This document shows positions 26,800 to 38,740 of a stretch of 64,000 nucleotides of DNA, in pieces. The notes under the pieces were generated by a model, which did not search any database, had not been told where the DNA came from, and worked only from the letters and a program-made list of their open reading frames with translations. The DNA is from Octopus sinensis (Eukaryota). The position numbers and the translations under genes are program-made. Where the stretch lies: contig NC_043000.1 in NCBI RefSeq assembly GCF_006345805.1, forward strand, positions 96,720,001 to 96,784,000, read 5' to 3'. Within the stretch, counting starts at the first letter, position 1. Each line of letters begins with the position of its first letter.

Positions 26800-27045
26800 T
26801 GAAAATGCGTAGCCTAGTAGTTAGGTTGTTACACTCACGGTCGCAAGATCGTAATTTCGATTCCGGACCGAGTGGTGCGTTGTGTTTTTGAGAAAAAACA
26901 CTTCATTTCTCCTTGCTCCAGTCCACTCAGCTGTAAATGAGTAGCTTTGCGACAGACTGATGTCCCGTTCAGAGGAATGTGATCTAGATCACTTATATAC
27001 CATGGAGCCGGGCAACCGGGCCAATGAGTCCTGGAACTAGAGATA
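26800..27045 (+). mobile_element. tRNA-derived SINE family C
   Basis: Head GCCTAGTAGTTAGG...TTCGATTCC, then CTCCAGTCCACTCAGCTGTAAATGAGTA, which resembles the MetaSINE central motif. A related degenerate copy lies at 52230-52440. Confidence 0.6.
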
Positions 27046-27229
27046 ATAAATAATGTTCTATATAGAGAGCGAAAGAAAATACCATAAGTCATTTATTATG
27101 GCATTGTACAACTTCTGCCACACCGCTGGCTTTAGGTGTGAAAAATACATAATGTTGATTTATAAATTGTTTCGGAGAGTGAATAGTCGATTGAATCAGC
27201 CTCAGAACACGACTATTCTTTAATTTTTG

Positions 27230-27400
27230 TCTAAATTTCTTAAATGAAAAATTATTTTTATACACTAATATATTGGTGCTAGGGCCCTCAGCTTGGCTGC
27301 TGTTGCTACAACTCTTCGGCAACTGTACTATCCAGCTTTCTTCAAACATCAGTCGCATTCGAGAATTTCTCGCCATTCCAAGCCGAAATCTTCACTCCAT
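27230..27400 (-). mobile_element. Degenerate Penelope-type terminus with hammerhead-like remnant
   Basis: Minus strand TTTGAAGAAAGCTGG..GTACAGTTGCCGAAGAGTTGT...ATATATTAGTGTATAAAAA aligns with the plus-strand copy at 27660-27755. Confidence 0.35.
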
Positions 27401-27654
27401 CTATTTGGTTGATAGTCCTCGCTTTGTTGTCCGTTTTTATATTAATTATTGCCGAACTATTAATTCTACGTACGCGTCACAGACAAATCATTATGCCATT
27501 GTGCCACAGGGAAATTAGGTGACTGAAAATAGAAGCTTTAAATATATCTCTTTTACGGTCTGATGCTTAATATTCGTTCATAAAGGCTCTTGTATAGTGT
27601 CCATGCCTATGTTAGGACAACAGAAGGCGTTATCCAAGAACGTTCCCATATACG

Positions 27655-27760
27655 ACAGGTACCTGAAGAAGGTCAAAGGGTACAAAATCCGATGTGTTGT
27701 GACTATAAGACCAAAGATAAAGACAATAAACCGGATATATTGGTGTATAAAAAATGGTTC
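27655..27760 (+). mobile_element. Degenerate Penelope-type terminus with hammerhead-like remnant
   Basis: CTGAAGAAGG...GTACAAAATCCGATGTGTTGT...ATATATTGGTGTATAAAAA. The CUGAAGA core is at 27663-27669 and the GAAA is eroded. Confidence 0.35.
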
Positions 27761-29525
27761 TTGATTGTTTCATCAAGCTCTAAAACTAGAAAGAAGAGTC
27801 CACCGCGACAGGAATACACCGTAATTGGTGGCCATAAGAGATGCATGGGTATATTAAACACACCTGAATTTCAACATGTACGGAAGGAAAAGTTGCTAGT
27901 GCATAGCATGTCATTCATATAGGTCCAATTTCGCATATAGGACCTGGGGTGACTTTTTGAGAGATTTATTTGAAAAAAAGTGTCTTAATACCACCAAATA
28001 AGGTAACATTGAGATCTAATTCCGAACAGTGGCATGAAGGGTCACGGTTATTGGAAACAAATACAGTCAATCAAATCGTCCAACTACAAGACAAGTATTT
28101 ATTTTATCGAATCCGTAGACGACGGTCAATGGTATATGCTACAAATTTACAAAAGAAAGGGCACAGACGAGTAAATTTATTCAACACTCGGACAGTAAAT
28201 TATTTTAGTGATCCAGAAAGTATAAACAGCTAAATAGCCCTCGACGGATTTGAACTCGGAGCCTTATAAAACGTAAGTAAATACTGTAAGACATTTTATC
28301 TAGGGCCATATCATTTCAGCCATCCACCGGCTCTTAGAGGTTGGAAACATTTTTTTCTTTTTGTCTTGTAGAGTATACGCAATAAGTATAGTTGATATGA
28401 TTAATCCTCACTAATCCACTGATAATCAGCTTCATCGACCTCGGTGGGTGGGATAAAAATACCTCAATATTATTTCATTGGTGCTCCATTCATTAATCGA
28501 CCTCGGAAGGCTGAAAGTTTGAACTCAAAATATAAAGAATAGGTAGCTAAAGATCAAAAGGCAGTTCTTCTGATGGTTGTTGTATCGAAGATCCACTTCA
28601 ATCAACATCGCTTATATTTTCAAAAATATCTTGTCTAAATGAGCTTATCGTTATCCCCCTTGTGGGTTGTTTTTAAATATGAACACCCCTAAAGGAGGTT
28701 TTGTCTACTAACGTCTTGAATAATCTTAGCTGATCGAAGTATTTCAGCTTGCTATATTTGGCTACATATGTCAAAATCTACTGCTCTTTTAATATGGTCA
28801 AAAAGTATTAAACTGAAACATAAATACTGACACACAATATATTTAAAACAAAAATATAATATTAATGTGGAAAGAATACATTTCAGTAGCATATTCCTTC
28901 ACGTATCCATGTCTGCCTCTCCACTTCATTGAGCGCAAAGCAACAATGAAAGACTAGCCGTCCTTCAAGACGAAAGAGAAAGGGTATTACCAACGTTTTC
29001 TCATTTCCGTTTATAGTCTTTCCTTCTAATTCTTTATCTCTCCATTTTCTTCTCTATCTCCTCTCATCTTATTTATCTATCTCCATCTCTTACACACACA
29101 CACACACACTTCATTACTTGCTACATTCCATATCTCTCCCTCTCAAATTTTTTTTCTTGACGCCGGCCAACCATTCTTCCATCCAGAACCAAGACGAGAC
29201 GACATGCCTTTGGAATCAACACACACACACATGCACTCACACACTCACTAACATACGTAACTCGTTTTATAATACATGATTATTTTCCTTTTATCCATAC
29301 CCAACTTCTCCACCAGGCAAGCTCCTTATAGTATAAAACTCGAACAACCCTTGAAGCAGAGCTGTGATTATGTTTGTACTTTGTAAGTAGATGTCTCATC
29401 AAAGAAGCAAATGTTTTCCTACATACCATTCCCAGCAGCAAAGCGCTTTTTTTCCGTTTATTTTTTGCATTTTGTTTTTGTTACTTTTATTGTTTCTCTC
29501 TCTAACACACACACACACACACACA

Positions 29526-29561
<36 letters not shown>

Positions 29562-30966
29562 GAGAGAGAGAGAGAAAGAGAGGCACTAGAGCCTAAGCAG
29601 TACAACTTGAGTTCATCTGAGCGAGATAGTGAGATTTAATCACAGTGCACAACAACTAAATAGGTAGTCGGTGATATAACTTAATGTTCACTTAAGTCAA
29701 ATAAACGAGAAAAGTGAACCTCATATATACAGTGTGTGTGTGTGCGTATAAATATATACATACATACATATATATATATACGCACGCACACAAATATAGG
29801 TAAGTGTGTATATACATGTGTGTGTGTATACATATACACACATATACATTCAGATATATAAATGCGCTCGCGCACTCAAGCGCATACATTGACTCACATA
29901 TATGAAAAGTGATATAACGAATGAGATGATAACAGTCTGAATGTAAGATATTTTCCTTGATAACACTATTATCAGGTTAAAAGTGATATTTCAAAGAGAA
30001 AGTAAGCTAAATTATTATATATGTCCTTAACAAAAGACATTTATTACTAATGGTCATTAAGGTGTAGATAGGGTAAAAACAGATGGCCAAACGGACAGGG
30101 GAGATAATGGACAACCTGAAAGGTTAGCGATCCATCTGTCTTCGGAAATGCGTTACGTCCATCTCAAATGACATTTAAGGCGATGAAGTGATAGAGTCGT
30201 AACGGCATCGGACAGAATGGCTCGTGATACTTGTTACAACTCTAGATTTTCTGTGATCTGTGTTCAAATTCCGTCGAGGTCAAACTGCATTTCATGCTTT
30301 CACGATCGATAAAAAAAGTACCAGTTACGGCTGTGTAGTCAAGAAGCTCGCTTTGCAGTCATGTGTTTTTGAGTTCAGTCCAACTGTTGGGCACCTAAAT
30401 TACTGCAAAGCATTTAGTGCAAGTATTCTATGGTTTCAATATTGCGAAGTGTAATCTCTTAAAAACATCCAAAAAGCAAGTTCTTCGTTTTCATCCTGAA
30501 GAGACGTGTTAAATGTAATTTATTAAACGTAATTTTTTCTTAATTAATTGACAAAAATTTTTATCCATGCTTCATAATCTCCTTAACGGACGCAGGCACA
30601 GCTGTATAAGTAAAAGATCTGCTTTGCGACAACAGTGTCCTGCTCGATCTATCTGTACTAGAGCCTGGGGCAAGTTCGTTCCACTACGAGTATAGCCCTG
30701 GGTCGACCAAAGAGACCAGCAAGTTCTTAATTTGATAGACAGAAACTGTGTGAATCAATGTTAGAAGAAAAGAAAGAGTTTTTGTTTTTTTTAAATGGTA
30801 AACTTAACATCACCCTGGGGGACTTTAACGGACTTTCATGAAGTCCCGGTTATGATCCCACAGCATACTACCTTGGACACGTGTATTCTACATTTGCCCC
30901 TCGTCTACCAATGCTACGTGAGTTAAGCTGAGTAGACAGGAACTTGAAAATGATTGTCGTATGGAA

Positions 30967-31135
30967 CAGTGCTTCTCAAACTATCTGATGTGGCGTAACG
31001 GCAGTTTGTTTTTTTCCAATGTGCCAAAGACTGGTAATATTTCTTAGTGACATTAATTTTATAATGTTTCTTTTCTGGAAACTCGCCGCGTACCGGCAGC
31101 TGATGGCTCGCGGACCACCACTTTGAGTAGCATTG
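30967..31135. mobile_element. hAT (Charlie-like) MITE
   Basis: TIRs CAGTGCTTCTCAAA / TTTGAGTAGCATTG, with a perfect 8-bp TSD GTATGGAA at 30959-30966 and 31136-31143. Confidence 0.92.
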
Positions 31136-31405
31136 GTATGGAAGGTAGTTGAAGTTGACCTTCCTAACACGTTATATTTAGCTAATTCCGATAGAGAGTT
31201 ACGTAAAATAAAAGTACATATGTCTATGGAATACTCAGCCACTTAGAAGCTAACTGATGAAGGAAGTTCAAATGATCGGACAGCTAAAATACTCATGAAA
31301 ACCAACAGAGGACCCATCTACTTTCGTAAGATTTTTCTGATTCGTTAGTTACTGCACGCATTTTTTTTTCTCTCCTTCTTTCTGTGTTTTTTTTCTCTCT
31401 GTGTA

Positions 31406-31443
31406 TCTTTCTGTTGAAGAGCGTAGGCTCGAAACGTTAAAGA
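31406..31443 (+). ncRNA. Degenerate minimal type I hammerhead ribozyme motif (Penelope-type)
   Basis: TCTTT-CTGTTGA-A-GAGC(gtag)GCTC-GAAACGT-T-AAAGA. Stem I is TCTTT/AAAGA, stem II is GAGC/GCTC, and helix III is the palindrome ACGT. Core A6 is changed to T. Confidence 0.6.
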
Positions 31444-31540
31444 CTTGTTTTATTTATATTTCCTGAGCGCCATACTAATACAATTGTTTGTTTGTTTTCC
31501 ACCTGCCTTCGTCTTTTGTCTATTTTCATAAAGCTTCCCG

Positions 31541-31634
<94 letters not shown>

Positions 31635-32513
31635 AGGTAGATAGATAGTTATAAAAACAGCGAGCTAGTAGAATCGTTAGCACACCGAGCAAAATGCTTA
31701 GTGGTTTTTCATCAGTCTTTCATCATTTTGGGGGTCGATAATATAAGTACCAGTTGAACAATGAGGACGATGTAATCGATTGAAACCCTCGCTCTAAAAA
31801 GCAGGCCTTGTGTCAAAATTTGAAACCAATATGTGTGTGTAGTGGTGGAGGGATGTATACACACACGTGTATATATACATATGCACAAAGTGATAAATGA
31901 CAGGTCACAAAGGACACGAAAAGACAATAAACAACTACAACTACAACAACAAATACACACATTCATATATACGAATATATTACATACTTATGTGCTGGGC
32001 ATAATGAAGTCAGAAGTTCAAAGATTAACATTTCAAATCAACAACCATCATCTCCGCCCTACACTCTTCACACAAACATCGAAATTCTCCGTCACATACG
32101 AAGGCACACACAACCCACCACCCAGCCCTAATTTAAAAAGTCATTCACACACACACAATGTGAATATGAATAGCAGAACGAAAATTATCATTGGTCACAC
32201 GACAAAGAGCAACGAAGAAAGAGTAAGGGATGTGTGTTAACGTGGAAAAGTGTAAGAGTGAAATACTGTCATCGACGAGATTGCAAGCTGTGACGAAAGA
32301 ACTTTAAAGGTTCAATTAATAAATTAATTCACTCATTAATTAACTAATTATCTACTTAAAACATAGTAAAACTCAAATGAAATATAAACTGGGCATTTTC
32401 ATCAGCTGTGTATCTAGAAAAATTCAATTGTGTATGTAAATGTGTATCCACTTAAAATACCAATATCGCTTTTGTATGTTGTTTCTTATCCGTAAATTAA
32501 CCAAACGAATTTT

Positions 32514-32546
<33 letters not shown>

Positions 32547-32636
32547 AGAAGAAGAAGAAGAAGAAGAAGAATCCTTTCTATCATAGGCACTAGGCCTGAA
32601 ATTTGGGAGAGAGGCCACCAGCCGATTAGATCGATT

Positions 32637-33858
32637 GGGATCTAGTTTTTCTCATTCGCAAAATGAGCCCCACTTCAATCTGCTCGGATTGCTTTCACTT
32701 TTGGTGTATTGATGCAACTAGGAATTCTGGTTACGATCAACCAATGACTTTATCTCATAAATTAAAGAATCTGATGTTATTTGGAATTAAAGTTGGGAAA
32801 TTTGGGTAATTTTAGCCAATCAACAGATAGCATGGCATTAGCAACTTTGTACCATGACAACCGCGCGCTGTGTTGTGGTTCACTGTTGTCCGTGCCGCTG
32901 TTGTCTATGTTAATTTTTTATACTTGATTCTTCACGTCACGAGATTCTTTATACCCGCGTGTTTTGTTTTAATTTTTCTGTGTGTTAGTGTATTACATAT
33001 TTTTCTGTGCTTCTGGGTGTTAGTATTTTTCTGTGTTAGTACTTTTACATGTTTTTCATTTCGTATATAACTGGATTTATAAAAATTTAGATTAGGAGTA
33101 TTTGTTAAATTGTTAGCTTCACATTTCAACGGCTTAACTGAAATTTAGCCCACGTAACAGGAACTGAGAGGGATATCGTGGAACAGAGAAACTATGGGCG
33201 ATACAGATAATGTAACATTATTTTTGAATTCTGCATGCAAAAACGTATAAGATACAGGTATTCTTTTCCTTGGGACAAATTCTTTATTGACCAGTGCTAA
33301 TCTCATCGTAGTTCACAAATCCAAGCATGAAAACGTTACTCAACTTTGGAGTTTTGGAGACAGACGCCCCCTTTTCACACACACGCACACACACACACAC
33401 ACTTATGGCAGGTATACATAATTCTGAAGTACGCCTTAAGTAAACACATGGAGACAAATATATTAATATAATAAATTTTTTTAAATGATAAAAACCTACA
33501 ATGAAAAGACAAAAACAGTAAGATGATACATGTTGACTTTATTAGTTATTCCTGTTTACTTAGAAACCTACAACGAACAGGTCAGACGCTAAACTATAAA
33601 TTTCACAGGGTACAACCTTAAAGTTGACACCGCTCCGCTAAACGCAGAAGATTTGTCTCGTTAGTGGCTAAAATCACCCAGCTTTTCTTTTTTTTTTCGA
33701 TTTTTAAACCTCTGTAACTTTTTCTCCAATCTTTAATTCACAACATCATACCTTCAAAGCAATGAGACTGGAAGGCTACATTATTATAGCCGATTTTCAG
33801 ATTTTTTAACCTCATTTTTAAAAATGCATATTTTGCGAATAAAAAAAAACTAGATCCC
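32637..33858. mobile_element. Unclassified non-autonomous DNA transposon (about 1.2 kb) inserted into a SINE
   Basis: TIRs GGGATCTAGTTTTT...ATTCGCAAAAT and ATTTTGCGAAT...AAAAACTAGATCCC. The flanks are the two halves of one family A SINE. Confidence 0.8.
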
Positions 33859-33859
33859 G

Positions 33860-34385
33860 CAAGTGGTATTTAATTTATCGACCCTGAAAGAAAGGCAAAG
33901 TCAACTTCAGCGGAATTTGAACTCAGAACGTAAAGACAGAGGAAATACTGCTCAGCATTTCACCCGGCGTGCTAACGATTCTGCCAGCTCACCACTTTCT
34001 TCTTCTTCTGATGATGATGATGGTGATGATGAAGATGATGATGGTGATGATGATGGCTTCAAGCTTTGGCACAAGGGCAACCATTTTGAGGAAGGGGATG
34101 TGTCGATTAAACCGACTTCAGTGTTCAACTGGCACTTAATTTATCGACCTCGAATGGATGAAAGGCATAGTTGACCTCGGCGGAATTTGAACTCAGAACG
34201 TAACGACAGGCGAAATACCACTAAACATTCTTATCTACTCGAAATTTTGGGGGAGGGGCCAGTCGATTAGATTGATCCCACGACGTAGCTAGTACTTAAT
34301 TTATCGACCCCGAAAGGATGAAAGGCAAAGTCGACTTCGGTGGAATTTGAACTCAGAACGTAAAGACGAACGAAATGCCGTTAAA
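33860..34385 (-). mobile_element. Three head-to-tail SINE family A copies
   Basis: TTAATTTATCGAC...GGAATTTGAACTCAGAACGTAA repeats at about 33880, 34135 and 34295. Confidence 0.88.
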
Positions 34386-35468
34386 ACAATGATAATCCTA
34401 ATATAACTAATAATAATAAATAATTTTCAAAACTAATTAAGGTTCCAACGAAAGCAAAAATAACAAAAGGTAGGGGTGGGTGGGTGAAGAGTACGAAAGG
34501 AAGGAAGGAAGAACACTAGAAAAACGAAATAGAAAATATGGATACGAAAGATATCTTTTTCAAAATATGAAGAGTAATTTTTTACTCTCTTCAGATGCTT
34601 TCACTTAAATCATTTTGTGAGTTAAAGGCTAGTCATATTAAATTTCTTTTTCTCTGTCAGTCTTCCATGAACCAAAAGTCAAGAACACAGACAGAATTAA
34701 GTTGTTTTTTTTTTTTAAATATCTATCCTGAAACCTAATATCATCTCTTCATTTCATTGCCACCAAAGACACACTACACACATTCATATATACATTAGAC
34801 ATACATATACATACATACATACATACATACACACATCTCACACACGCACATTCTCTGACATGATTATGTGGTTGGGGACTTCGCTTCGCCAAGTTCCAAG
34901 TTCATTTCTACAACGTGGAACACTAGTAAGTGTCCTAATGCAGTTCCGAGTGGACCACTACCTTTATGAGAGAAAGATGGTAGACAGTAATTGTCCATTA
35001 GCTCATGGACAATACACACAAGCACACGCACATACATACATACATACATACATACATTCAGAATCTCGGTCTGAGTGCGCGAGCACGCACACACAAACAT
35101 TCAACTCACAAGGAGGGTCCGGTAGCTCGTCCTGCTGAAAACAGCAGTTAAATTTATCTGAAACCATACACTACCGTCTTTGAAAAAATGTCACGTTAGA
35201 TAATGTGCTCACGGGTTCACAACGTATAGAAAAAAAGACAAGATGGTCGCAGCTGAAATGCCTCTGATCATAGCTCTCGTCAATCAGTGTTGACGTGGAA
35301 TGTGGGGCACCGCCTTGAAAGGTTTAGTGCACAGATCGACCCCAGTACTTATTTATAAGCCTGTACTTATTCTATCAGTGGTACTTTTGCTAAGTTATGG
35401 CTACATAAATAAGCCGGTCGCCAAGCGGTAGTGGGTGACACACAAAGACACAAGACGCAAATACATAT

Positions 35469-35636
35469 CTTGCCTTTGAAACGCGGAGTAGATGAAACAG
35501 GGACAACTGAAGAAGGGGAATATTCTTTATGTTGTATGTCTCGTTTCTCTGTTTTTTCGTTGTTCGAAAAAAGTTCGTTTTCTATGTTTTTGTTTCTCAT
35601 TGTGTTCAACGTTTTTTTGATGTCCTGTACCCATAT
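35469..35636 (+). mobile_element. Terminal fragment of the same Penelope-like repeat family as 9628-11165
   Basis: GAAACGCGGAGTAGATGAAAC...TTCGAAAAAAGTTCGTTTTCTATG...TGTCCTGTACCCATAT is the reverse complement of 10345-10535 and ends in a (TA)n tract. Confidence 0.6.
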
Positions 35637-36849
35637 ATATATATATATATATATGTAGGTATGTACATTTATGTATGTATATATGCATATATTTATATTA
35701 TTTATATTATTAATATATATGTGTATGCAGTAATACATTACTTTACGAGGGCCCGTTTTACGAGATTTATTTTTCAAGCACAAGATCCAAATATTGAACT
35801 AAGTGCAAAAGTTTCTGGTACCATAACGCTTCTGCGTATTACCGAAAAGTTTATAGAGACAGAAAAAAGTTTCTAAGCAAACAACTTTACACTTGTTTTT
35901 TTTTTTTTAAGAAATCTACAAGTTCGTCTACGATTGCTAGTGAATCGACGATTGCGTCTACAAGCGATGGTGTGCGCGAGTCTAGTGCGAGTGAAAGTGA
36001 TTCAGAAAACGATTATAATAATATTTATTATTATAAATGATCTTGACATTCTTTTTACTTTACTCCGTTTACAAAATTCACTCGCAAATCAATCGTCAGC
36101 CCGAAGTTAGAGACGGCATTTGCCCAAGATGCCGCGCTGTGTGACTGAACCCTAAACTACGTGGTTATGAAGCGAGCTTCTTAACTATACAGCCATGTCT
36201 GCGTATACATACATAACATACACACAACTCACTTTCTCTCTCTCTTTCATACACACACACACACACACATACACACGTCCGCCAACACACATCACGTTCA
36301 ATCAGAAGTGTTGCCGTGCTTGACGTTAATAGGAATAATCGTCCTTTTTGGTCTGTAATTTGAACTTAGAATTTCCACTATATTCCAATTGTCTTCATGT
36401 CACAGTTTTTACAAGCCTAAAAAAATACTCTATGCGTGTGTATGTCTGCTTGTGTATGTATGTGTGTTAACCAGTACGCCTTGTAAAGACAGACAGACAG
36501 AGAGGGAGACTGAGAGAGAATGAAATTCTTTGTAACGTTATTATTAGTTAGAATGACATTTTAAATGCTATGTTGTCATACGACAAAATAGCCAGCTCTC
36601 ATTCCTATATGTGTAATTCAACTCAAAAGTCGTCGAGAATTCTCCCCCACCTCTCTCTCCTCCCTTCAGTCATTCACTGGGTATTCACAGCACAAGCGTT
36701 TTCATCTCGATCTCTGCCAAATTTTCTCTGAATTGTGCTAAGTTAAGTTAATTTTCATTGTTTCATTTTCTTCTTTTTTTTTTTGTTCTAGTCTTACAAC
36801 GCATCCCAGATTCCCAAATCGCTTGTTGCTAGTATGATTTGAGAAATAA

Positions 36850-38226
36850 TCGTTTCTACTATGAGCACAAGGCCTGAAATTTGAGGGGAGGGGGATATTC
36901 GATCACATCGACCCCAGTACTTGACTGGTACTTAATTTATCGACCCCGAAAGGATGAAAGGCAAAGTCGACCACAGCGGAATTTGAACTCAGAACGTAGC
37001 GACGGACGAAATGCCGCTAAGCATTTTGCTCGACGTGCTAACGATTCTGCCAGCGCGTTTGTTATTTGAGAAATAATAAGCACAAAAGACGTATATGACA
37101 ATAGAAGTTCAACATGAAAAAAAGATAGCTATTTCTTATTTAAAGTATAATACCAGCAATTTTGAAGGAAAGGGGTCTGTCGATATTTGTACTTTATTTT
37201 ATCTACCTTGTAAGGATGAAAGGCAAAGTTGACCCTAACGAGATTTGAAGAAGACGTAAATTGCCAGAATAAATATCGCAAGATCATTTAAAAAAAAACA
37301 AAAACTTCCCGACATTAAAAATTCTGCCAATGCAACACTCTAAATAATATACCTTCCTCCAATCTGAGAGTTTGGGGGAGGTGACTTGTCGATTATATCG
37401 ACCACAGTGCTCAACTGCTACTTATTTTATCGACCCCGAAAAGATACTAATGATAATAATTCGGAACGTAAAGGGAACGGGAATATAATGTCCGGTAGAA
37501 CTGTTACAAAATCTTTGCTTCATTGGCACTGCCAGAGTTATCAGGAAAATATTAGATAGTAGAAGAAAACAAACAGCATGATACCACAGGTAGCAAGCCC
37601 ACTGCTAATACAAGATTCTAGGAGTTCCAACAAAATCTGAGTTAAAAGAATATAATGGTTTCAAATTTTAGCACAAGGCTAGCAATTACGAGACAGAGGG
37701 CAATTTCGAGACAAGTGGTAAGGCGATTACATTGACCCCAGAGCTCAAATGATGTTTATTTCATGGACCCCGAAAGGATGAAAGGCAAAGTCGACTTCGG
37801 CGGAATTCGAACTTTAAGACGGACGAAATGCTTCTAAGCATTTTTTTTTTCCGAGCTTGTTATAATGATTCTGCCAGTTCGAAGCCTTAACAATAATAAT
37901 AACCCTTTCTACCTAAGGTACAAGGCCTGAAATTTTGACGGAGGGAACTAGGCGATTACATCGATCCTGAAAGGATAAAAGGTAAAGTCGAGCTCGGCGG
38001 AATTTGAACTCAGTACGTGAAAACGGACTAAATGCTGCTAACCATTTTGTCCGGCGTGCTAACGATTCTTATTTCTTTATTGCCCACAAGGGGCTAAACA
38101 TAGAGGGGACAGACAAAGGAATTAAGTCGATTACATCGACCCCAGGATGAAAGGCAAAGTTGACCTCGGCGGAATTTGAACTCAGAACGTAACGGCGTGC
38201 TAACGATTCTGTCAGCTAGCTACCTT

Positions 38227-38260
<34 letters not shown>

Positions 38261-38740
38261 GTTTCAAATGTTGTCACAAGGGTAGCAATTTTGGAGGAAG
38301 GAATGAGTTGATTACGTCCACCCCAGTGTTCAACTGGTACTTATTTTGAGCCCGAAAGGATGAAAGGCAAAGTTTACTTCAGAACGTAAAGACGGACGAA
38401 ATGCCGCTAAGCATTTTGCCCGGCGTGCTAACGATTCTGCCAAGTGTTTCTGATTAGGGCATAAAACCAGTGATTTCCAGATGAGGCGGTCAATCGATGT
38501 CATCGACACTAGTACCTAGACTGGTACTTTATTTTATCGATCATGGAAAGATGACAGTTAGCCCTGGCAGGATTTGAATAAAGAGCTCGAAAAAATATTG
38601 AATGGTATCTTCTCCAGCGTTCTAACGATTCTGACAGCTCGCCGCCCAAAATAATAATTGTTTCAAATGTCAGCACGAGGCCAGAAATTTTAGTGTTCAA
38701 CTGTACGTATTTTATCGGTACACGAAATGATGAAAGGCAC
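36850..38740 (-). mobile_element. Dense cluster of about 9-10 co-oriented SINE family A copies
   Basis: GGATGAAAGGCAAAGT / CTAACGATTCTG motifs recur about every 200 bp, all on the same strand. Confidence 0.88.

Noticed and set aside
30150-30235. Minus-strand SRAIL.. as possible TMTC2 exon 2
   Set aside because: No acceptor, no NQDL/DFWG motifs, and an early stop.
35472-35515. GAAAC...CTGAAGAAGG as a type II hammerhead in the Penelope-like family
   Set aside because: Stem I cannot be formed and the stem II register does not fit the core.
35920-36040. Ser/acidic frame STSSSTIASESTIASTSDGVRESSASESDSEND as a transposase N-terminus
   Set aside because: Low complexity and short, with no diagnostic motif or TIR pair.
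36850-38740. Regularly spaced repeats that might suggest a CRISPR array
   Set aside because: They are about 200 bp diverged SINE copies with pol III boxes in eukaryotic DNA, with no constant repeat/spacer pattern and no cas genes.
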